From the human T2T-CHM13v2.0 reference genome, Homo sapiens, in assembly GCF_009914755.1 (NCBI RefSeq), contig NC_060929.1: a stretch of 64,000 nucleotides of DNA. One strand, given 5' to 3'. The number at the start of each line of letters is the position of its first letter. Position 1 is the stretch's first letter. Below are positions 54,210 through 64,000 of the stretch, piece by piece. Both the position numbers and the translations under genes were made by a program. Under the pieces are notes generated by a model. It had not been told where the DNA came from. It made no database searches and saw nothing but the letters and a program-made list of their open reading frames with translations.

Positions 54210-55570
54210 TTCCAAGGCCTTTCCACCCCCCTTCATGATTTGTCTTGAGCCTCAACTCCTCCCCTCAGTATTCAGGGGCTTTAAAAATATCTGGCCCAAC
54301 TCACTATTACTGTTATTTTACTGTTCTCCTCCTCACATACCTGGTGCCCTAGGTCTCCTGGAACACTTGCTGTTTCTCAAGCATAGTTCAAAGGTTTCCA
54401 CTTCTGTGCCTCAGTTCATGCTGCTCCTTCTCCCTGGCATTCCCTCCTTCCATGCCCTACTACCAAAATCACAGGCATCCTTCAAGCTCTGCTCAACAGC
54501 CACCAGCAGAATGAAACTTTTTATGATGTCTCTTCATCTTCCCTGACAGCACTAACAAGACTAGCTGTCTATTGAGTGAAGATCCCCTTTTTATACCTCT
54601 TTTGTAGCCTTTATCACACATCCTGTCCATCATTACCCTTTTTATCTTTGCCATCTTACTGTAAATCTTTGAAAAGTAGTACCACATGGAACTGCTAACC
54701 ATGCCCCCATGAGCTTACAAGAGGACCTAGAAATAGGGGCTTAGCAGTGTTTCAAAACTCTCATACATATATTTTTCCAACATAGCAAAAATTGAATCAT
54801 TTTCTATAAGCTTATATGCAATTTACTTTTTAATTTTAATTATAAAGCAAGGACAACTTCCTGAGTCAGTGCATTTAGATCTATTTAATTCTTTTTAATA
54901 ACTGCACATCACAATATCTGAGTTTCTACTAATTTATTAGCCATTTCCTCTTCCTGAACAATTAATTTTCCTTAATCTTTCTTTATTACAATCAAAACTG
55001 AAACAATATCTTCACATACACACCTGACATTTACGGAACTAATTTCCAGCAATGAAAGTTTTAGGTGAAAAGATACATACATTTTACACTTTAATAAGTT
55101 TTGCCAAATCGGTGTCCAAACAACAGTGCCAATTTATTTTATTTTATTTTTTTGCAACCCCATTCATCTCTTGGCTGAAGATTCTTTGTTATCCAATGTT
55201 CACCTGCTCTTCTTGGAAGGCTTCTCCATGCCTCCTCCCCAGTGTTTACATGGGGAGATAGGGTACTAAATTAGTCCTCTGTTGCCCATAAATTCAAGTT
55301 CCTAGCCATTTCCTCTTTCTGAACAATTAATTTTCCTTAATCTTTATTGCAACTAAAATTGAAACAATATCTTTACATACACACCTGACATTTAAGGAAC
55401 TAAGAAACTCAAGTTCCTACCTCAATCATAGAATTTACTATGTTACGTGGAAGTCAAGTTTATGTGCTAATCTCCACTACTAGCCTGTGAGTTTCTTACA
55501 GGCAAGGACCCTGCCTCTTTGTTCATTTTTTTATATGTTGTAGCCCTTTACACAGTACTTTAGGAAGTTT
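54210..55570. mobile_element. L2 fragments with an intervening L1ME fragment (~54760-55150)
   Basis: 'ctgctccttctccctggcattccc'; 'ctactagcctgtgagtttcttacaggcaaggacc'. Confidence 0.55.
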
Positions 55571-55577
55571 AGGTTAT

Positions 55578-55616
55578 TGTGTGTGTGTGAGTGTGTGTGT
55601 GTGTGAGTGTGTGTGT
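55578..55616. repeat. (TG)n microsatellite
   Basis: Direct reading. Confidence 0.95.
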
Positions 55617-55944
55617 ATTGGGAGTGGGGATTTGTGCAGGAAATGAGGAAAGAAGGAAAGTGCTGTGAATGGAGGAAGGGGCACAAGCAAAGCCCAGAGA
55701 CTCACGGCCAATGATATCTAAGCCCTAACATCCTCCCTCTCTTTTTAGAAATTGTGACCAGGGTAGTTGGCCCTAAATCTTGATCATTTGGCATTTTTCC
55801 CATAAGTGATAGGAAACTGCTGCCTCTTTGCTCCAGCAGTCTGGTAAAACTCAGCTGTGAGACCCTGACAACCAGGGAACTTCCTTTTCAGCAGCCTGAG
55901 CATGCAGGCTTGATTGAGCTTGGACTATTGCATCTGAATCTTGT

Positions 55945-57010
55945 GTTAGTGGTGCAGAGTGAGACTTTTGTTTAGACAGAGCTGGGTTCCTTCTCTTCCT
56001 ATTATCTACTATGTAACCTGAGGCAGGCTGCTTAATTTCTTTAAACTTCAGTTTTGTCATCTGTAAAATAGGAATAACTGTCTATTTTGAAAACTGTACA
56101 GAAATAAGAATAAAAGCAGGGAATATGTACGTAAGGGGCCAAGCCCAGCTCCTGGTATATAATAACGCATGATAAACAAAAAACAGGCTTATTGTTTTTC
56201 AGAACCCTTAACCACCACCAATTAACTATGATGTGCCAGGCACTGATCTTAAAGATCACTCGATTTGACTTTATCACTTTACAGATGAGGAAATTGAGTC
56301 CCAGAGAGAGGCAGTCACACAGCAGGTGAGAAGGCCAGGACAAGACTCTCCTTTCTCCAGGCCCAGGGCATGTTCCACCACCTCATAGCGATTAGACTTA
56401 GCCGGGGTACCTTGACCTTCTCTCCTTGACCCAGTGAGATTTCTCCCTCTGTGCCTCTCAAGAGAAGGCACTGCTTTGGAGAGAGGCTGCCCTGTTTCCT
56501 TTCCTTCCTCTGTCCTTCAGCCATCATCTGTTTTATCTCTTCCCATTGTTTCCCCTTCAGCCCTGCTCCTTGACCTCCTCTTCTGTGGCAGGTGCTGCTT
56601 GATCTCCACAACCATTTCACTTCTTCTTTCCTCCAGGGCCTAAAAAATACTGTGCAATTCCCTTTCTTAAGCTCTAGCACTGGGCAGTTTGCACTTAGAT
56701 GCAAGAAGTTGTAGGTACTATCTCTTCCCCGTGGAAGGTTTCCTGAGTGCCACAGCCAACAGAGCTCCCCTAGGTTTCATATCAATAATTAATTGAGCAC
56801 TGAGTATGGGCCACATCAGTCCTAACTACTTTACAGACCTTAACTCATTTGATCTTCATAACAACTTCATGAGGTTGTGAGATAATATCAACAGCCCCAA
56901 TTTACAGATAAGGAAAGTGAGACACAGAAAGGTTAAGTGACTTGTTTAGGATTTTATAACTAAGACTTGGAGAAAGGAGGAAACCAAGCAGTAGGCTCCA
57001 GAGCTGCTCC
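55945..57010. mobile_element. Three MIR fragments (~55945-56170, ~56220-56390, ~56780-57010)
   Basis: 'tcagttttgtcatctgtaaaatagg', 'tttacagatgaggaaattgag', 'tttacagataaggaaagtgagacacagaaaggttaagtgacttg'. Confidence 0.7.
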
Positions 57011-57959
57011 TAGGATCAGGCAACACTGGGTCTTTGCCTTTGCTTCTTCCCTTCTCTGAGCTGTTTCTCCCACTCCCTGACTGTTTTCTTTTGGGAGCTT
57101 TCCTTCCTCAATCACTTGCATACAAATCATCTCAAGGCAGCTGCTAGAGAATCAAACATTTGGACATCCCTCCAAATCCACCCCAAATGTTACCACTGTT
57201 CATAGGTTAATATATAAAAGGATTTTTTTCCTCTTAGATCAATTTATTTATTCATTCGAAGAACTGCCCTTAGAGAAACTAGTGTAATTTCCAGAAATTG
57301 GGGTTGTCCCAGGAAATCCAAGATGATGATAATGATGATGATGGTAATAATGATAAATAATTTTTTTTGAAACAGCATGCTAAGTTCCTTAAATGCATTA
57401 TTTCATTTAACGTTCCAAAACATCCTCTGAGAGTGCTGCTATTCAGGCAGTGCTTCCACCATAATCGTGACCACCCACAGACACATCACTTCAGTTTCTC
57501 ATCTCCTAATCATTATGATATTTTTAACTTCCATTTTGATGTCCAACCAAAACCTCAAATTCAGTATGGTAATATCTGAATTCATTGCCCCTTCCTGTCC
57601 TACAGCCACACTCAGTCCACTGCTCTCCTTGCACCCTGCTTGGTAATGGCCTCCTCCACTCTCTTGACTCATTCCCCCTTACCCCCCAGCCAATCCCAGT
57701 TATGCTGATTCGTTTTTTGTCATGACTTTTGGTTCTCTCCCTTCCTTTTCAAATCTAGTGTTTTATATATTCCGTCTATTTCTTCCAACTATCCAAGGCA
57801 TTTTACCCTCGAGCCCTCTGAGGCCCAGAAGCCTAAAGCATATTGCCTGAAGCACACAGCTGATCAAGGACAGTGTCATCATTGGAACCCACATTCCTTC
57901 CTCTGGCTCCAAAGCCCATGCTCTTTCTATCACTGAAGTGTATCCCATTAGCACAAGTC

Positions 57960-58460
57960 CAGGACTGAGATACCTGCAGGTGTAATCAGAAATTATTTTA
58001 AATAATTTAGTAACAGTACTTTAAATAACAGTGTACTACTTAGGAGTTATTCCCTTTTCAATTTTCTTTCAACCTTTTAAAATAAATGGAGAAAGTCCCA
58101 TCTGATGCTAGAATACTAACGGTATTGCAAATCTTCCTTTTCAATAAAAAGAGAGCAGGCCTAAGGCTCAGAACTTTGGCAAGCAACAAAATCTAGCTAG
58201 CATTTACTAACATTGTTTTGTCTTCATGGTTACTTTCTATTTATGGCAAATGACACGAGTTTTCCACGTGTGGTAATGGCAGTCATATAAAATTTTCTTT
58301 AAAAATAAATGCATTGAGTTTTAAAAATGAGTCAATAATTTTAAAAATCATAAAAGTTTTAAAAGTGAGTCAATAATTTAGAAAACTGTAGAACACCTGC
58401 TGTTCAGAATAGCATAAATCACAAAGATGAAATGTGAATAGCTGAAATATGGAGGATAAA
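57960..58460. mobile_element. Probable hAT-Charlie element remnant
   Basis: 'gcaggcctaaggctcaga...tctagctagcattta...tttatggcaaatgacacgagttttcca'. Confidence 0.45.
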
Positions 58461-58767
58461 AAAACATAATCAAGTTGTTGTGTAGGATATTGGCAATTTT
58501 TGCTTGTCAGCTCCATGGTACTTCTTCCGAATCAAAAATTTATCTCCTCAGTGGCCCTCAAAGCACTTTCTTCCCACTATAGGCTTGTTCAGTTTAGAGT
58601 AGACAGGCCCTTGGATGTTACCAAGCCCAACTTCCTATTTCATAAATGAAGATTGAGAAACAAGGCAACTTGCTTAAGGTTACAATAGAATATGAGAGCT
58701 GTTTTGGGACTAACACCTAGGTCTCCTAATCCCCCATCCATGCCCTCTCCACTGAACCAAACCGCTT

Positions 58768-58772
<5 letters not shown>

Positions 58773-58813
<41 letters not shown>

Positions 58814-59077
58814 TATATATATTATATATATACATATATACATATATATTATATATACACATATATATTATATATACATACATATATTATATATATACAT
58901 ATATATTATATATACATACATATATTATATATACACATATATATTATATATACATACATATATAATATATATATTATATATAATATATATATAAAAATAT
59001 ATAGTATATATAATATATATATAAGATATATATATTATATATATGTGTGTGTGTATGTACATACATGTATATCTGAA

Positions 59078-59115
<38 letters not shown>

Positions 59116-59117
59116 CA
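58773..59117. repeat. (TA)n/(CATATA)n/(TG)n compound simple repeat
   Basis: Direct reading, about 345 bp. Confidence 0.97.
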
Positions 59118-59589
59118 TTCACCATCACACAGTGTTCATTCCCATACCTGAAGGAGACTCAAGCAATTCCTCTCAGATTCAGCAAAAGAAGATTCAGTTA
59201 AGCACTATACCCTAAGGCATCCATTGCATTGTATGTAGTGACTTAATTTCTCTCTTATGTCCCTAGGAGGGTAAGAGATATGTCCCAGCTTTGGGAAAAA
59301 TAATTTTCTGTAGGGCTTAATTCTCTTGCAAAATCCCAATTTGAGAAAAGCTGCTAGAGTGTAACCTCTTTGAATACTGATTCTTTTCAGACGAAGGAGT
59401 CTTTTGAACGGCCAACTGAAGTCTCCTCTGCTTTAATTTAATGCCGTCTCCTTTTGTTCAGTGCTTCTAAGATGTGGAGAATTTATTAGTATGTCTCATA
59501 AAACTCTAGTGTAGCAGGAAATTAAATTCATCTGGTATAATCAGCTGTTTGGAAAGATTTGCTGGTTGCTCTGCTCTAAGTTATGGTTG

Positions 59590-60030
59590 CCAAGGTGATT
59601 GCAAATTGATTGTTTGATGACTTGTTCTAGCATCTTTCCAGGTACTGATGTTAAGTTTAGACATAGACAAACCTAAGCAGGAATAAAAGAGGCCTACCAT
59701 GATGGTAAAAGGGACTCTAGAACCAAGGGAACAAGGAATGTTTAACCTGAAGAGGTTTTGTTTGCTAAGGAGAACTTTAAGGGATTCTCCCAAAAGCTAG
59801 GACAGAGAAGAGACTTGTTTTCGGTGGCCTCAAGGGGGCAGACTTAAGATCCATGGGTAGAAGTGAGAAAATGGATTTCAGTTCAATACTGGGATAGCTA
59901 GAGAAATATGCACCTGCAAAAGGGGCTGGTAAGCTTGCTCTCTCTAAAAATACCTCTGAGTTTTGGTGGGTGCATTGTGTAAGAAGCTGACTAGATTGTG
60001 AGATGCTTCATTCAAAAAACGCTGACATCC
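59590..60030 (+). mobile_element. CR1/L3 3' fragment
   Basis: 'ggaatgtttaacctgaagagg...gaagagacttgttt...gatttcagttcaata'. Confidence 0.5.
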
Positions 60031-61132
60031 CATCTAGCTATATTACTCAATGATAATAGTAACTTACAGAATCATTCTTCTTTCTAAAGAACCAAGTTTT
60101 GTCTGTTTTTTCAATTATTTTTTCACAGCAATCCAAATTAAAGGTAAATTAGCAATTATCCATGTTCAAAGGATCCTATCATACATTTCATACATGCGAT
60201 TAGATAGGACCAATATGCATTCTATATCTATTTTTTGATTCAAAAATAAGATACTAACAGTAAGGTTTTTCTTCTACGGCAGTATGCTAAGCACTTGACA
60301 TGCATTTAATCTCATTTAATGTAAATTTAATGGGATAATGCTGTACAGAGACATTTTTAAAGACAAGCATTTTAAACTATTGTTTGAAAAGAAATCTACA
60401 GATGTTTCTGTGCTCCAGGATCATACACAAGAAAGGACTCTTGTCTAAGCCAAGACCCAGTATAAGATTTTCCTAAGCATCCAGCTATTGGTGTGAGGGC
60501 ATGCTCTGGCACCATGGAAGCTTACTCCTATTCAGACATTCATTAGGTAAATCCAGATATGAGGTTTTATTCCTGTTTGACAGGCTGGGAACGACAAATC
60601 AGTGTCTTAAGGGATTGACAAAATATGTAATTAGATGCTATCAATCACCATAAAAGAGCCTGCTTTTTCTTACATCAGATAAAGGTGCGTTTAGTCTACT
60701 AAGAACTTTCCAGTTCAAATGAAGCATTAACTCTCTAAGGTCATGTGAACAGTAAGCAGTGCTACTCGAACTCCTCTGCTGGGAAATAAAATAACAGCAT
60801 TAGGCAGGGAAAACTTGTGAGGCCATGAGCAGACCTGGACTCCTAATTTTCCTTAACACTTTGGCCTGGACACTTCTTGTTTTTTCACTTCAGTAACCTC
60901 ATTTGCAAACTTGGGGGAAATAAATTAACTGATATATTAAGCTCTTTCCCAGTCTAACTTTCTCTAAACCTAAAATCACAAAAGGAGGTCAGGAGAAAAG
61001 ACTCTTAGTTAGCTGACTACATCTTGACATTTCTACCAGCTTGGTGAAGCAGCAGGGAAAGAGCGTGCATCCATTCGTCAAGGCTGGAGGGCAAAGGCCC
61101 AGAACTTCCTAATTGATATAAGCAGATTCTCC

Positions 61133-62668
<1,536 letters not shown>

Positions 62669-64000
62669 CCTTCTTGATTTAGTATTTGTGGGTTTTAAAA
62701 AAGGAGTTTCCCAAAATATTCAGTTAAACTTTTAAGTGACTTACGTGTATATCTAAATACATGATCAGTTAATATTTGTCTTAAAGGGGTTTTCTTTGTT
62801 CTTTTCTTATTATAGGAAGGTTAAACAATATGCTTATTTATGCCATAGCTTCACAAACAGGAAGGAGGTTTTAAATGGTTTAGTTCCACAATTTGAGTAG
62901 ATGCATATTTAAAGAAACGTTGTTGCATAATAAATACTGCCTCTTCCTAAAATGCATCATGCCACAGCCAATTTTGGAAAACACAAATATGAGGTGAGTG
63001 TATTTTGAAAACTATGTGAATATAATAGATCTTTAATTCATATTTGTGGATTTTATGGGAAATACTTGTTTTCTAAGGCATCTGTCTTGCAAAAAGTCAG
63101 TTTCTGCTATGAAGGATGTTAAAGGGGATATGTAGGTTAAATTCTGTTTCTGAGCTTTGCTTCCAGAGTAAACACCCAACTTACTTTTGCCCTAAAGTAT
63201 TTTATTGTTCTAGTAGAGAAGACTAACAACATATTCTAAACCACTAAGTAATTTATGTAAACTTCGCTTACAAACTACACTTGTGTGACACTTATATGAG
63301 CAAAAGCATTTTCATATTTCTTACTATATCATTCAATTCTTGCTTACCCCAATGGAAGTGACTTTATGCCCCTTTAGAGACAATGGAAATCAGGTACTTC
63401 GTGATTTCTCTTAAAAAAAAAAAAAATGAACTAGAAAGCTCCAAGTTTGGTGAATCTGGAACCTGGGTATTCCAGTTCCAGTTGTAGCCCTTCCTCCCTA
63501 TCCATCACTCCTGTCTGCATGTAATTATGCAATACATTGAAAAGATTAAAAGATGGGTCTTGGACTCAGGCAGACCTGGGTCAAATCCAGATTCTGGCAC
63601 TGCCCAGCCATTGCCCCTGGGCAAGCCATTTTCCTCTTTGAACCTCATTTGTGAATTAAGCTAAAAATAGTCCCCACCCCCATGGGACTGTGGGAAGGAT
63701 TAAATAGAATAATGCATGAAAAGCAAATAGCAGAATGGTCCATAAATGTTAACCATTGTTATGTTATTATGTAATCTACAAAGTACGTTTAGTTACACTT
63801 CATGAAATACTTTCAGTTTTTCAAAGACACCACTAATACATGGGAAATCAAACCCTGAAAATTAATTTCACTTTAGCAGTAAAGTCACATGCCAGATGGA
63901 AAGGATAGTATTTCATGAACAAAGATTTTACTTTTGAGATTTGGTCTTACTTTTTTCTTTTTCTTAAGGGAGAATTATCTTGTGTTTTTTGTTTTGTTTT

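Noticed and set aside
58640-59128. I/Y-rich ORFs
   Set aside because: (TA)n repeat translation

Overview
Repeat-rich primate (almost certainly human) non-coding DNA. I find no credible protein-coding exon, RNA gene or CpG island. The listed ORFs are short and I read them as repeat-derived or chance frames. The window is a mosaic of Alu, MIR, L1, L2, CR1/L3, MaLR/ERVL LTRs and DNA transposons, identified from remembered consensus sequences, so subfamily names are approximate. Notable elements are a near full-length Tigger3/Golem with a decayed pogo transposase, a MER6A, and an L1 reduced to its 5'UTR plus 3' end. The most unusual signal is a set of local self-copying events. These are a ~360-bp inverted duplication (35.9-37.6 kb), a 260-bp tandem duplication with one mismatch (42.2-42.7 kb), a three-segment templated insertion with a perfect 19-bp hairpin (49.4 kb), a ~100-bp copy flanked by a 15-bp direct repeat (55.3 kb) and a 23-bp dispersed repeat. 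The last ~1.3 kb resembles, from memory only, the 5' flank of ADRB2 on 5q32 (unverified). I do not see evidence for a new coding system.
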